This document shows, in pieces, positions 1 through 15,358 of a DNA stretch of 64,000 nucleotides. Below the pieces are notes generated by a model. It searched no databases. It saw only the letters and a program-made list of their open reading frames with translations, and was not told the origin of the DNA. The DNA is from Basidiobolus meristosporus CBS 931.73 (Eukaryota; Fungi; Basidiobolomycota): contig MCFE01000149.1 in the NCBI GenBank assembly GCA_002104905.1, positions 1-64,000 of the forward strand, written 5' to 3'. Both the position numbers and the translations under genes were made by a program. Position 1 is the first letter of the stretch, and each line of letters starts with the position of its first letter.

Positions 1-1241
1 CTGATTAGCGATTCTTTGGTTGACAATGGCTCGGTTGGTGGCTGTAGGTTTAGATACTGGAATACTTCCATATCTGCGTCAATAAGCTCCTGGAATTGTT
101 CAGATAGAATCTTATCCTGTCGGAAGTAAACATTTCGCAAAACGAATCCGTCAATAAAGCCGACAAGGCCCGTGTAAGTGCCGATGATCAGCCACCAGTT
201 GGAGTTCCATTGCATGCACTTGCCAACCGCAAGCCAAGCAACGAACACGGAGATGGAGATAAATGCACCAACTCCAGAGCCAACCAGGTCCGCATAATAG
301 TCTATGGACCTTACGCCTAGACTTACTTTAAGCGGTTCAATTCTAACGACAGGGTTTGGTACATTATCTCCAGTTATCTTGCGCATAAGAATCTCCAGCT
401 CACAATCAGCCTTCAAGACAGACGTGAGGCATTTTTCGAAATACTCCATGTGGCTACGACGCGTGTGCTGCAGGAACATTGAAGTGAAGGTAAGCTCAAT
501 AGCTACGGCGGTATTTATGTAGAGCTGCCACATATTGCTCCATCCAAGTGGATATCCCATTCCAATCCACACAAATATTCCCGCCCAGTAGAAAATAAGT
601 GAGTAGATGGAACCGACGAGTATCGAGACAAAATTGCAGGATTTGTCGAACCAATTTTCCAAGGGCAATTTAACAGCATCACCAACGTCATCTTTGAGCT
701 CTTGAGCGATGAAGGTGTTTTTTTTTAATCCCGCAACCCCTGCGATCATGGTAGGATCACGCAGCAGGCGGCGACAGGTAGTATTTCTCGACCGTAACTG
801 GGCAATAATAGTCAGTAGTCGATCGCAATGGTTTTGCTGTTGGCGCATTAGCAGCGTGTCCGATATGTAGCATTGTATTGAGCTACCATCCTGCATGGCG
901 ATCTGCCAATTTGCTGGTGCGCCCAGAAAAATACCTGCTATCGCCCACCCAACCAAGGTGGCTAGTGTGCTCACAAAAATGAATCGGGATCCGGCGTACT
1001 CGGTGATGCAATCGAAAAAGCGACCTCCCATGGACCGCTTTTCCATTTCTTCAGAGCAAGGGCCGCTTGATGGTACCTGCTCGCTCATGATGGCTATCGC
1101 CTCAGCCTTGTTTATGGCAACAAACTGGGTTGTGGCAGCAGATTGGATGGCATATTGCCTTCCAGGCGAACAGATGTCATCGAATATTTTTTTGCAAAGT
1201 CTCTTGACCTTTGCGTCAGAGGGGCCGTTTGAATTACTCAT
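1..1241 (-). CDS. FET4: Low-affinity Fe(II)/Zn permease (Fet4 family), 3' end runs off the window
   Basis: Manual minus-strand translation from ATG at 1241 (MSNSNGPSDAK...) stays open to base 1, so it is absent from the ORF track. It contains Fet4 motifs APANWQIAMQDGSSIQCYISDTLLMRQQ, WQLYINTAVAIELTF and WWLIIGTYTGLVGFIDGFVLRNVYFR. Confidence 0.93.
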   Translation of the reverse strand, partial: MSNSNGPSDAKVKRLCKKIFDDICSPGRQYAIQSAATTQFVAINKAEAIAIMSEQVPSSGPCSEEMEKRSMGGRFFDCITEYAGSRFIFVSTLATLVGWAIAGIFLGAPANWQIAMQDGSSIQCYISDTLLMRQQQNHCDRLLTIIAQLRSRNTTCRRLLRDPTMIAGVAGLKKNTFIAQELKDDVGDAVKLPLENWFDKSCNFVSILVGSIYSLIFYWAGIFVWIGMGYPLGWSNMWQLYINTAVAIELTFTSMFLQHTRRSHMEYFEKCLTSVLKADCELEILMRKITGDNVPNPVVRIEPLKVSLGVRSIDYYADLVGSGVGAFISISVFVAWLAVGKCMQWNSNWWLIIGTYTGLVGFIDGFVLRNVYFRQDKILSEQFQELIDADMEVFQYLNLQPPTEPLSTKESLI

Positions 1242-1382
1242 GAGGAGAAGGTTACAACAGTGGATTGAAGCATAGTTATGGGTTGTCTCTGCTTATAAAT
1301 AGTTACTGCTATCCCCGCCTCCTTTGGGTTGACCGCTATTTCCCCCTAGGCCGTCGTTTTCTAGGTATACCCGTTCTAGCAA

Positions 1383-1429
1383 TGATAAGACAATACAGCA
1401 AACACTACCAACGATCAGATAGTGATAAG
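1383..1429 (+). promoter_or_regulatory. Cluster of GATA motifs upstream of FET4 (candidate iron-responsive SreA/Fep1-type sites)
   Basis: TGATAAG (1383-1389), ATCAGATAG (1414-1422, near the ATCWGATAA consensus) and TGATAAG (1423-1429), 140-190 bp upstream of the FET4 ATG. Confidence 0.3.
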
Positions 1430-3130
1430 AGAATGATCAGTAGCGTATCAGAGTATATCGCCACCCAATACAAAACCACCAGCCTCGAGCAACAGACTCT
1501 GCTCTCTGACAATGCATATATGGTAGAGATAGAGTTCGCTTGGACAGAACACATGGATATAAGATTTCCTAATCCATGGCCAGTATATTGGCATGTGACA
1601 TGATTGCATCCGGTATTGAGCATCAAGAAAACGACGACTGTGCTGCCCACGGCCATGTTTCCAGTGTAGCTTCAGACTCCTTGTCGGTCGGAACCCTTTG
1701 GGCTTCAAGCTTGTGCAGTGTTCTCGCTGCAACAACTCATACGTGAACACATGGGTATATAAATATTAGCATTTGCGTTTTTTACGTGTAATTTGATTAG
1801 TGACCATTGAGCAAGAGTGGTCTACACCCTATTGATTCATATTTGTGGAAAACCGAGTTACGCATTTCCTTTCACTTCGTGGAGAAATGGCTGCATATAA
1901 TTCGCGGATCCATTTCTGGTGTAGGCTTAGTAAGGTACTTTTCATGGTCTGCGAAGACCTCATCAGTTATGTATAGACCATTAGATAAACCATAAATGGT
2001 AGCCGGTTCTGGGATCTGGGGCCGAATCTTCGTTCAAGGATCCGATGATTGCAGTGGATTGATCGATTAATCGATTGCGCACGGTATAATCTCGTTAATA
2101 ATGCCAATCCCAAAGATAAACTTCGGCTTTTCCTTGGTTTGTTTAATCTATTGACCAGGGACTAACTCTGCGCACCGATATCTCAGTCCAGAGCAACAGA
2201 TGAACTTGGTGCAGGATCCAATGTTGGCCCTACAAATATTGGTTTCGAGTACCCTGCGGCTTTACTGCCTTATTTGATACCGATTGCCAGATAAACTAGA
2301 TTTCACATTCCCGAATTACACGCTCCCATTCTATATATACATCGATACTATACTACCAAAGAAAATCCCCTGATATTTAATCCTCTACGCACACATTAGC
2401 CATGGCCCACAATACAGACGTGGTGACTCATGAATCATTTTCCAGTACGGATGAGTTACATGACTCATGTTGAACGATTTTTTCTCGACAGTAGTACTCC
2501 CGAGACGTTGGAGCTACTCCGCCTCTACTCCTGTTGAGCCAATCATGTACAGATTTGAAAAGTGAAAGGTGTCTGACGATTTTGTCCATAACTTGCGTTG
2601 AAGAAACCAATTTCCTGTTGTTTTATTACATTTGACCATATATATATATGAGTGTGAGTGTGGGTGTGGGTGTTAATTAGACTAGTCACATACAGATATA
2701 TGTAGAAAATCCATCAATATGAACTAAGTACCTATCCGAGAAATTGCTAGACCCAAGACATTGACTTACCACACTTGAGAGAAACCAACGCAACACTTAA
2801 TACTTTGCACTCTACCGGGGGATTGGGAGTCGCAACAATCTGATTTTCATATGGATTTATACGGTATGGCATCGATCTGTATCATGCTGCTGCTTTCGCT
2901 GGATGACGGGAATCACTTAGTGGCTCGCGTACAAGCCCTTCTGACATCCATGTGCTTTTTCCAATACTTCAGCTTTGATCTTGGCATTGAAGATGCATAT
3001 TGCTACAGTGTTACACACGAATCCCACACTGGTACCGTACATAAGTGTAAGTTTCAAGTTGTTTATACAGGTTATTATTTATAGGTGGGTTATACGGAAT
3101 AAGAAAAGATGAGACTTGGTCTAGTTCCAT

Positions 3131-4838
3131 TCAAAATGAGGAGTTGTCTATTGACATGAATTGATGACCTCGCTGAACACTGTTGAGCTCGGGCTCTGAG
3201 CAATTGGAGAGTGTCAGCGGCATGCTGTTGGACATTCTTTTGGACGATGCGTGTCGGAATAGCTTCTTTGGTTTCCCCTCGGACTTGATAGAATTCCCTT
3301 GAGAGTGACCCTTTTTAGCAAAGAGCTTTTTGTGCTTTTTTCCATTGGTAGTGAGGTCGGAAGAAGCGCTCGACAGTGCTTTGTTCACTTGTACGGAGGA
3401 GGCGTTTGGAGTGTGGTATGCAGAGCTAGGATGAGCATTACCGCCGTTCTTTTTGAAAAATCCCCCAGCCCACTGCTTCATGTAATTTGCTCGTTGGCGT
3501 ACTGATCTAATACAAGAGTCCACTGATTACCATCGCCAGCTACTAGGTGCAGGTCAATACGTAAGTCATTTACCTTTTGGCCATCTGCATGTTCACTTTA
3601 CCAGAGTTCTTCATCAGGAACAATATGGCGCAGTTAGCCAGAAACAGGATGATCAAGAACAGGTCAAACGAACACCATCGCACCACAAAAGTGTACGTCG
3701 TCAAAAAAAGCAGCACCTTTCTCCGGCTCTTGACTCTACCAATCTCCTTCAAATCTGGCAATACCCAGTGAATATTTGGGGGGTTGTACAACGGAGCATG
3801 TCTATGACAACCATACCTGCGTAAGTTAACTTTTTCTTTGTGGCTGAATCGATCTCAGGGTAGGTTAGTAGAGCTATGAACTGGATTGGGATGTCCTTGA
3901 AACTTGTGTAATTTTGCCCTTGGTTCTTTCTAGCCTTGTTTGGGACTGGTGACTCAAACCAATGACCCAGTACCCCTAATCCCTGCTTAGACCACCAGTT
4001 TTCTTCTTCATTGTCTAGATCATCCAGTGAGCTTAAAGAATGATCCGAAGGAGCCGAGATTGACTGCTCATGTTGCAATGATGAAGGCGGCAGCCTTTTC
4101 ATTTGAGGCCTTGTATTGGGCTCGGCGCTCAAAACAGGGATATATGCGGAATCGACCCCCTGTTTCTCTTCGCTTATATTAGGTAAAGAAATCGATGAAA
4201 TGTTGGTATTCAGGTTGCCTTGGGTAGGTTGCTTGCCGTCGCTAGCTGCTACTGCATCTATCCCCACATCAGAAAACGATGGCGTACTTGATTTGAGATC
4301 CTTGCTGATATAGTACTGTGAAAGACTCGACGCTTCGTCATCGGTACTAGCCGCGTCAATATTGAGCTTTTCCCTGCTATGGGAAACCTCCTCCTTAATT
4401 TGGTTATTGCTAATGTTGACTGCAGGCCAGAAACATCGCCAGGATAGCTTACCGAAAATCTGCTATCATACCAAGTCTTCAACCACCTCGCAAGCACTTT
4501 AGAGCTAATCTTGCCTTGAATGGAAGGAACAACCACTGCATTCAAATACTCAAAGTTCGAGTCGATCTCGGAGTACTCGTTTCCTTCGGAAACTATGCCG
4601 AGTAAAAGAGATTAGCAAGTGTGACATAGCACTGAGCTACAAGGGCAGGACTCCCCACTGACAATAGTAGGGTATGCTATTTACCTTTGTAGTGAGGAAA
4701 CTGTTTGGTGATTACTCGATAAGCGCTGGTGGATTTGTGGTGTCGTGTAGAATCGTTGGCTTGCAGAATGAAATAATTTGAAGAATTGATATTTCTCCTC
4801 CCATGACTCGAACTGACCAAAGTGGGACGTACCCACAT
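3131..4838 (-). CDS. Multi-exon hypothetical protein with a hydrophobic (membrane) segment
   Basis: ORFs 4677-4892, 4258-4545, 3749-4267, 3570-3791 and 3131-3523 join in frame through GT-AG introns: ...KQFPHYK/VSEGNEYSEID...WYDSRFS/REKLNID...KKKLTYA/DLKEIGRVKSRRKVLLFLTTYTFVVRWCSFDLFLIILFLANCAILFLMKNSGKVNMQMAKR/...QWAGGFFKK. The start codon is uncertain. Confidence 0.7.
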
Positions 4839-5807
4839 ATCTATGCTATCTTCTGGAGTAAAAGAGAAGGGGTGAGGGCAGTTGAGGATCAATTAGCTTG
4901 GCAGGCCAAGATGCTATGAGCAATGTAGGTTCAGCAATGGTTTACGTGGGAAATAGAAGAGCCTGGATTGGATGTAACAAGACGGTTACGGGATTCAAAC
5001 ATTCGTTTGAAAAACCGTCCTGCACAAGTAGTCTACCTTTTTATTTTTTTCATTGGGCTCAATCCAATCGTCCTGCCAAGCAGTCTGAAACAAACAGCAG
5101 ATTCCAACCAGGCCAGTGATGGAATGGGTCAAGGCCCAATAAGAGCCATGATGAGCCTAGTGAAGCCATTATGCGTCCATTTCCAAACCAATTTTCCTAA
5201 AATAGAAGCTAGATTCACGAACAATCGATAAGACCGATCCATCACCAAGGGATGCTGATAGGGTGGGCTTCGCGGCTGGCGATGTAATCCATGCAGAACT
5301 AATTGCTGAACTCATGCTTTGCTCATCTCCACGACAGTCCAGATTGGTTTTGGATATATTGACTCGAACCGCTCAAAATGGCCAGATTTCCAGATGGTAA
5401 CTGATCACGCTTGTTCGGGTTAAATTGGTGGAGCAAGTTCTATTGTGACTGTGAACTCAGATCAGTTATTCCCTGTCTTCGACCCTCGGCTATTGTCCAG
5501 CCACGCGTGGACAGCAATGGCTGATGCTCACCAACAAGGTGCAGCACAACTTGTTTGGAGTAAAACGGAGTTCTCGAGCTCATTTGGCGTCGGTTTTACC
5601 TGTAGTCGCTAGAGATTGGAGCTATCTGCGATCAACTATGCAACCTGATCTAAGCTTAGATTTCTTTCTCCAACCCCGATATCATCCCAAGCACATATTG
5701 CCAATTTCATTGACTCATGGCACCACTTCTGAGCGAGCTCTATATAACCCAGCAAGCTACATTACCCTGTTTGATTCATTATCAGCTTTCTCTTCCAACT
5801 TTGGCCA

Positions 5808-7421
5808 ATGGAGCATTGCATACTGCACAGCCTCCCTACGGAGATTTTCGATCGCATTCTTTTGCTTACCGGCAAGCCAGCAGAGCTGTTTCATCTGTTA
5901 TCCAAGACCGATAAGGCGATCTTTTCCCGGTTCCTCTCCTCTGACGCTTATTGGAGAGAGGCATTCAAAGAATGGCACGGGCTATCAGACGACCAATTCT
6001 TTGGAGAGCCGTCGCGGCACTTGCAGCTTCTGGGCTCACCGTTGGTGCCTCCGACCTACAACCCCACAACCCTGACCTCGCTATGGTATCAAAAATACTG
6101 CAATCACGAACGAATCCCTTATTTATGGGCGCGTAAGAGATTAATTTCTACCCAAATGGACCCAGTCGATAACTCTTGGACGTATGTGAGCAACTCCGAA
6201 TGGGACTTGATTCGCTGGAAGATGGGCCTTTTCCAAGTCCTCGACCCTCTAACTAGAGCATTTGCCACGCACCAACTTCCCGATGATAAAGCATCCATCG
6301 TAAAGGTGACTATTCAAGGATCATTGATAGTTTTGGAAGCAGAACGGAGGCATCTTCGAAACAGGCTGATGTTTTATGTATGGTGCTCAGAGAAGCAAGG
6401 CTTTGTTTTCCCGATGGTTGACAAGCCCATGTCACACGAACTTGACGAAACCTCGAATTACAAACTCATTACGTGCCAACACCCATACATGGTCATACAG
6501 AGGATCCCAATGGGAGCTCTCTCAAGCGAATATCAAATCTGGAATCTATCAACATTGGCCTCACCAGTGCTCATACCCACCACACAACTCACAACACAGC
6601 CTAGGCCATTTATCAACATGTATCTCTTTTTCTATCTTGGGATCTTGGAAGAGCTCGATGAGTTTAAGGGCGTGGCGATTCATCCGAAGCTACCCTGGTT
6701 TTTGACACTCTCAAGAAGCAATGCTCAGCTATGGAAATATCGAGAGGGCAACCGGCCAAAACTTAGTCATTATGGGAATGTTGAACCTTGGAAAGAAACG
6801 GAGCTCCCATGGGCTGTCAGCAGGGATTATAGCCCAACAACTGAAGTGGCCTCATGGGAGCCCGAACGAGAATACATCTCTGCGCACCTTTTGGGAGATA
6901 AAGCATGCCTACTCTATGCCAGTCTACCGACAGATCACAAAGTTCCACGGGTAACTTACTATATATTCATATACCAACTGCCACCTTTCGATGATGGCCA
7001 TACCGATACGACCGGGAATTTGCAACACAGAATTCAGATCGAAGTAGCCCAGACATCCAAGCTGAGGGAGCATCATGTAATAGAAATGGCCAATCTAAAT
7101 CTAATTGTGATCTCCTACCGAGATGACACCAAATTGAAATTTATTCTGGTCAACACCAACACGCTACAGGTTACCATGAACTTGAATGTTGACATTAATT
7201 GTCGTGACACCATTCATATACGAAAACTGACCAAACGTCTGAATTTTCTCTTGGTATGGACCACTGGGGGGGATTTTTTTGTCATCGATGTGTGGAATCC
7301 ATCGTTACTGGGTTGCTTCTCGACGGAGCCGACCTCAACAGTGGTTTCCACAACAAATCTTTCGTTTGTTTTGCAACTGGAAAATCGGGTTGCAAAAGAG
7401 TATTTATTAAACTTTTCTTGA
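5808..7421 (+). CDS. F-box-like protein (N-terminal F-box motif, probable beta-rich C-terminal domain)
   Basis: Single 537-aa ORF. The N-terminus ILHSLPTEIFDRILLL matches the F-box LP.EI pattern. Confidence 0.7.
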   Translation: MEHCILHSLPTEIFDRILLLTGKPAELFHLLSKTDKAIFSRFLSSDAYWREAFKEWHGLSDDQFFGEPSRHLQLLGSPLVPPTYNPTTLTSLWYQKYCNHERIPYLWARKRLISTQMDPVDNSWTYVSNSEWDLIRWKMGLFQVLDPLTRAFATHQLPDDKASIVKVTIQGSLIVLEAERRHLRNRLMFYVWCSEKQGFVFPMVDKPMSHELDETSNYKLITCQHPYMVIQRIPMGALSSEYQIWNLSTLASPVLIPTTQLTTQPRPFINMYLFFYLGILEELDEFKGVAIHPKLPWFLTLSRSNAQLWKYREGNRPKLSHYGNVEPWKETELPWAVSRDYSPTTEVASWEPEREYISAHLLGDKACLLYASLPTDHKVPRVTYYIFIYQLPPFDDGHTDTTGNLQHRIQIEVAQTSKLREHHVIEMANLNLIVISYRDDTKLKFILVNTNTLQVTMNLNVDINCRDTIHIRKLTKRLNFLLVWTTGGDFFVIDVWNPSLLGCFSTEPTSTVVSTTNLSFVLQLENRVAKEYLLNFS

Positions 7422-9189
7422 CACCAGTGCTGAAGGAACCATGCATATCACGCTACTTCAGCTTTCCTATTCGATTCTCCAAGCTATGCGATAGTTAAAT
7501 TCCATCGTTAATCCTGCCATCATTTGTGCGCACCTTGATGGCCATAGATTCCAGAAGGGGTGCTTTCATTGCTGCGAGTGAAGATTACGGTGGTTTATAG
7601 ACGATTAATTCTTTGCTGCTTCACACCACAAGCAGCAAATCGTCAGCAAGCACGTGAGTGAAGCCAAAACGACCCATACTGGTTGCCTCACAAGTGGCCG
7701 CATTGGATAGGAAACTGCCCAACACTCAAACAAGCAAGCCTATACAAGAAACATCCAGCTGGCCGCGAGCACGGATGGAGTAGATTCTTTACAAATCGAA
7801 GCCAGGTGAGCGTGAGATAGCCCAGTTATAGACCATAGTGTAATTAGCCGAATACTCTGGTGCATAAACCACACCCAGAATGGCTATTATATGACAAGTG
7901 GATATTTAAAATTCTGGCATTCTCCAAACCACCAGATTGCCCGGAATATCGCTTAATCTGACCATAAAATCCCTTCGGCTTATCGATAATTGGCTTACAG
8001 GTTTTTTGCCGAGTGGTGGGTGTTTATTCGAATTCAGTGGCTTGTAAAGGTGGCAGTGATTATGGAACTCGATACTCCATTCTCTCACTGGTGATTCTCG
8101 TGATTATGTATGTTCTGGTGTTACGTTTAGCTTTGTCGCATGCGTGCCAACCATGTATCTTTTCTAATCGGTTCCCTCATTCGTGCCGGCTATCATAAAC
8201 GAGGATCTATATAATTGGTCCAACAAATAGTGTACAAGTAATGGCAAGTTCCCTAGCAGGAAACCACCGCTGAACTCTCACCAGCAGGATGGCTTAATAT
8301 GGGTTAACCCTATTGTATTCAGCCGAGGGGTTTGAATGACCTGATGATGGCACCTGATTCTACAACCTGTCAGATATACGAATGCGTTCGGGTTGGTAGG
8401 GGAGAGGATTAGCTTTACTCTTGTCATCCCCGGGCACGAGGCTTCACATTATCAATTTCACTGCACTGGTGGAAATCCTCCTACGTGCGACACCACCCGA
8501 CGGCAACGGATACACCCGATACTCGGCTTGTTGCAGCATGAAAACGATAGTGTAAGCATTACGTTTACCCCAACGTCATCCACCAATCACTGAGCTCCCA
8601 AAAAAATGATCCCTTCCCCTTCACCCCGTTCCAAATGCAGAAGTAACCTGTTATCAGCCAAAGCGGGGTAAACTGGGATACTCCACTGGAGAGAGACTAG
8701 GCTCTAGAATCGAACTCTTCCGATGTGCGACGCTTGAATGACCGTGACAAATCTCTATTGCACAGTGTGTTGTCCCTCCTATGACCGTGTCTCTACAGCC
8801 TCTGTGTTGATGTTCAACGTAATCAGCGCTTATCTGCCGTCCGAATTCGACCCCCTCCACATTTCTTCCGAAATGATCAACACTGAGTGTGCCGGGATAT
8901 CCCAATTTGCAACAGCATCCGTTCAGGCATCCCCCATATGATCGCTTTCTAAAAGAAGTTACATATGGATCAGTCACTCAGGATGCATATATATTTACAC
9001 TATAATAACAATTAGAGTTGAGCGGTTGTTCAGTCGTCATCCTCGATGACCAACCATCACGGATCACGAATTTTTTTCCACCCAATGTTGGATTTCCCCC
9101 CAACGAAAATTTCATAGAAATAGAGCCTCCCCTTCGCCTTGGAGACAGCATTCAGCTTCTCTCTGCAATTACCGGAACACAACATCAAC

Positions 9190-10304
9190 ATGTTCGCTTC
9201 TCGTCAACTCACCTCTATTGCTCGTCGTTCCTTCTCCACCTCTGTTGCTGCTGTATGTACTACCTATTCATGCGAGATCTGCGTTGGTACTAATCATGAA
9301 CTCATTTTCCCTTTTAGAACGCCACAAAGGTTGCCGTTCTTGGTGCTGCTGGTGGTATTGGCCAACCTCTCTCCCTTCTCTTGAAGCAATCCACCCTTAT
9401 TGATCACCTCAGCCTTTACGATATCGTCAACACCCCTGGTGTCGCCGCTGACTTGAGCCACATCAACACTCCTTCCAAGGTTACCGGTCACGTTCCCGAA
9501 AACGATGGTTTGAAGGAGGCTCTCGTCGATGCCAACGTCGTCGTTATCCCTGCCGGTGTTCCCCGTAAGCCTGGTATGACCAGAGACGACTTGTTCAAGA
9601 CCAACGCCGGTATTGTCAGAGACTTGGCCACCGCTGCCGCCAAGTACTGCCCCAAGGCTCACATGTTGATCATCTCTAACCCTGTTAACTCCACCGTTCC
9701 CATTGTTGCCGAGGTCTTCAAGAAGGCTGGTGTCTACGATCCCCGCAGAATCTTCGGTGTCTCCACCCTTGACGTCGTCCGTGCCTCTCGGTTCGTCTCC
9801 GAGGTAAAGAGCGACATTGATCCCTCTACCGCCGTCACCGTCATTGGTGGTCACTCCGGTACTACCATCATCCCCATCCTCTCCAAGGTTCAACCCTCCA
9901 AGAAGTTCACCCAAGAGGAGCTCGATGCTTTGACCCACCGCATCCAATTCGGTGGTGACGAGGTCGTCAAGGCCAAGGCTGGTACTGGTTCCGCCACCTT
10001 GAGTATGGCTTTCGCCGGTGCTCGTTTCGCCCTTAACGTTTTGGAGGCTACCGTTGCCGGTAAGGCCGGTATCGTCACTCCCACCTACGTCTCCCTCGAG
10101 GCTGACCCCGAGGGTGGCAAGGTCGTCAAGGGTGAGACCGACAACCTCGAGTACTTCGCCAGCAACGTCGAGCTTGGTCCCGAGGGCGTCAAGAAGATCC
10201 TCCCCATCGGTGACATCAGCGAGTTCGAGAAGAAGCTCCTTGCTGAAGCCATCCCCCAACTTAAGTCCAATGTTCAAAAGGGTGTCGAATTCGTTAGCGC
10301 TTAA
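9190..10304 (+). CDS. MDH1: Mitochondrial NAD-malate dehydrogenase
   Basis: Exon 1 9190-9252 (presequence [21 protein letters not shown]), intron 9253-9317 (GTATGT..TTTAG), exon 2 9318-10304 with [54 protein letters not shown] and GSATLSMA. Strong codon bias. Confidence 0.97.
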
Positions 10305-10990
10305 ATCCGCTCACCATTCATCAGACAACCCAATAGAATCGATGGATTCATTCATTCTTCATAGTATATAACTCACCTCACCACATACCATATCACTGCC
10401 GAATTCAACGAGTATTCTTTTAAAAGTTACTAGTTCGTCCACGTAGAAGAAAATTTGTCTTGGGGAATTTCCGGTTTCTCCGAACAATCACCATCAATAA
10501 AAGAAAATCAAAACTAAACTCAGTGAGCATGAGGGGTTCAGGTCGGGGCAGGATTCGTATTCATATGGTCTATCTTGTATGATGACCTCAACCGAAAGGG
10601 TGAAGTGGGCGGTCTCCTGAATTACGCATCCTGAATAGTTCATTGCCTTTTATCACCGGTAAATGGAAATGAGCGTCCAAGCATCTCGTTGGAATTAGAA
10701 AGAGGTGGGTCCCATTGAGGGAGTGGACATTATAGAGGAGCAGCAAGTGTAAGGGATAATTCATCGATAAGACAAGTTCAACACATACTTCATTGTCACA
10801 TTAAAGGAATACAATGCCATTGACTACAAAATAGGATCATACTCCTTCAATCCCTTTCACATCAAATAGAAACTACGAAAATACCAAGGAAAGCGGAGAT
10901 GTAATTGATGATTGAGTTTAATACCATGAATGGATCCTGCTTATGCTGCTAACGGTGTCACATAAAATAGCCAAACCTCATGCAATAGAT

Positions 10991-12783
<1,793 letters not shown>

Positions 12784-13627
12784 GTCTAAAACAGTAAGAG
12801 AGGCAAGTCGCTGGTAGTGGGATAAAGATGAAGAGTCGATGACAAGGCTAGCTAACGTATGGACAAATGATAATCGGACAGAAGTTTGAGGTGTCTGCTT
12901 TGACCCGGGTTAGATATGAAGTAAAAATATTTGAGGCAGTCTAGATAAGCTGATTTCAATGCATTCGTTGACCCCAGGCAGTTATTTAAACTAAATTGAC
13001 CCTGATGAGCACCTCCACTGGCAACATCATCAGCATTCGGATGTGGTGCCTTAGACCATGACGTATTGAATTTGTGCGGAGCTTACTTCAACCCTTCAAA
13101 TAAACGCGATCCAGTCACCTCTCGAAATTCCCATACCTTGGTGATATATTTATGAGGATCTAAATGTATCCCACTCCATGGCTGTTCACATACTGGAGGT
13201 TCCAAAATCACTGAAATGAAGAGAGTTTGTGTGTTGTATTGTGTGATGCTACTGCCGGGCCGGCCCAATCAGGCCTATCAGTATGTTGGATGCAAGCAGT
13301 CCACTGTGAAACACCCTCACGTTGGCTGACAAGAAAATTGTCCATAGCATACATTCACCGCGAGCAGCCGTTGATACCTACAATCTAACCATTTTTGTCT
13401 ACCGGCCACCCGGCCTTAACATATGGATCCGAAGTTGGCCAGATGTAATGATCCAAGGGCACTCCGCCTTCATAGGAGTAGGCCGCAACCTGGCCGAATT
13501 GGCGCATTGGAGGGAGCCTCCAAACGCTATGGATTCGGAAGGGTGCTTCCCCACCGAGGATGTTTGTTGGAAACCTGCTACGTGGCATGCACACTTGATA
13601 TGAGATGGTCATTCTTCTGGAGGGAGG

Positions 13628-14906
13628 CTAAGCCCATGAGCTCAGCTCAACTTGATCATCGGGGGTCTCTGTCCCTTCGATCATCGCTTTCGTCACAGAT
13701 GAGGATTCTGGTTTGAGCAACCCATGATGGCAGACTATGGCAGGCACTTGTCCCATGGTCGATACAAACGCTTGTTTAATGAAGCGATTGAAGTACTCTG
13801 AGCAGAAATCCTGAATGGGTAACATCATGCCGAACTCTGGACTCGAGTCTACAGGTCATGATGACATCAAACATCTCTGATCCAGAGACCCCAGGCCGAG
13901 TTTGGTTCGATCGACTTGGAGCAGTGGCACCAGCTCCGTCGGAGACTGACCAACCACCACACATAACCATGTTGTGCCGTATGTCTTATTCTGTAGAAAG
14001 CTATGCCAGGTCAGACTTGGCCCCCAGGAGCTCGACAAGCGGCTGTCCCAGTAAGCAGAACATGTGCCGAGAAGTAACAGTGACAGGTGTGTTCAGCGCC
14101 ATTTCAGTGCAGTGTCATGAGCCTTCATCCCAACCAAAACAAAGTGCATCCACTGGGTGGCAGCATCACTGATTAGCAACCAAGTAGCCAATGCTCCGAC
14201 GGGAGTGGCGGCCAGCACCTTCGTTCTGAAGTGAGGCGCTCCGAGGCAACCAGGTCATCAATGTCGACTTTGACGTTGCACGCAATCAATGCCAGCTGTG
14301 CGCATGCCTGTCATTCAGCATTAGCCAGAAAAGAATAGATTCGGTCTTGCGTTCGCCAAAATGGATTTGCACTGAAGGTTTCATCATAAACGGATCCCTG
14401 TAAATGGAAACATCCACTATGCACAAGCAGTGTCAGGCATCATCACTGCACCCCTGTAACCAGTTTGAGGAGGGATAAGATCATCAAGTGATTTCGTGCG
14501 GTCGTTGGTGGTGTTTTTCTTCCAACGAAAGACCGTGGCTGCCTCGAGATCTTGGATAACATGGCTGCAAATATGATGAGGTGACACGCCATTCGCGACA
14601 ACGTATTCGATTCCGACCGGAGTTTGCCACTGAGGCAATTCTACTCAATCCCGTTGGTCACATCAGTGTTGGGTGCTTACAGCCATTCGTATCGCGGGTT
14701 TGAAAGTTGATCAGCAATTTCATTGGCTTGGGGTCAGATGCGGGTATATTTTGTATCACTTCAGAGGTGATGAAATTGCCAACATTCCATAGTGGTCATG
14801 ATGCTCTGCTTCGTGGGAAAGAACGTGCCGCTTTGCGGACAAGATTTTATCACTGAAATGAAAGGGGTCAAGAGAAGTTGTTTAGCTTTTGGAACCTCGT
14901 ACCCAT
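13628..14906 (-). CDS. Putative multi-exon hypothetical protein (exon structure unresolved)
   Basis: Chain of open segments bounded by GT/AG sites: LWNVGNFITSEVIQ..., LPQWQTPVGIEYVVANG..., ACAQLALIACNVKVDIDDL..., SSPEFGMMLPIQDFCSEYFNRFIKQAF...*. No recognisable domain, and not every junction could be put in frame. Confidence 0.3.
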
Positions 14907-15358
14907 GCACAATTACACCAAAGTTGCTTAATTAAAGATAATGTTCGTAGCAACCCATATCAGGCTGTGCGGAATTAAATTGGAAAATAAATGAATGGAG
15001 TATCGTTGCGAGTAATCTATCTATTTCCTCAAAGAGGCAGTTCGATTCTTAACACTTGGACTTACTTTCTAAACGCTAGGGTTAATCAAAGCAGGCTTGA
15101 CTCGGACAATATTTGATTTTTCCAGCTCTCTGAACACACCCACCACTATCTCTACTCTATTTCTATCACTCAGACTCATCTCTTATAGCTAGAGGTGAGT
15201 GCCCTAGTTGGTTAAAAACGGTTTAAATGCAGATATAGTACACTCGCGTACACCCAGCAAATTCTTAATACTTCGCACATAATCCTACCCCCATCCAACC
15301 TATACCTTATCTTAGTTGTCTACACTTCCTATTTCCACTATAGACCCCTCACCACATC

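Noticed and set aside
2061-2074. 14-bp perfect palindrome ATCGATTAATCGAT
   Set aside because: It is a single short palindrome, expected occasionally by chance, with no supporting context.
8260-8990. Small spliced gene between the F-box gene and MDH
   Set aside because: Splice-like signals exist on both strands, but I found no consistent frame or recognisable product.
9294-10277. 327-aa antisense ORF opposite MDH
   Set aside because: It is a shadow frame produced by the strong codon bias of the highly expressed MDH gene; no independent motifs.
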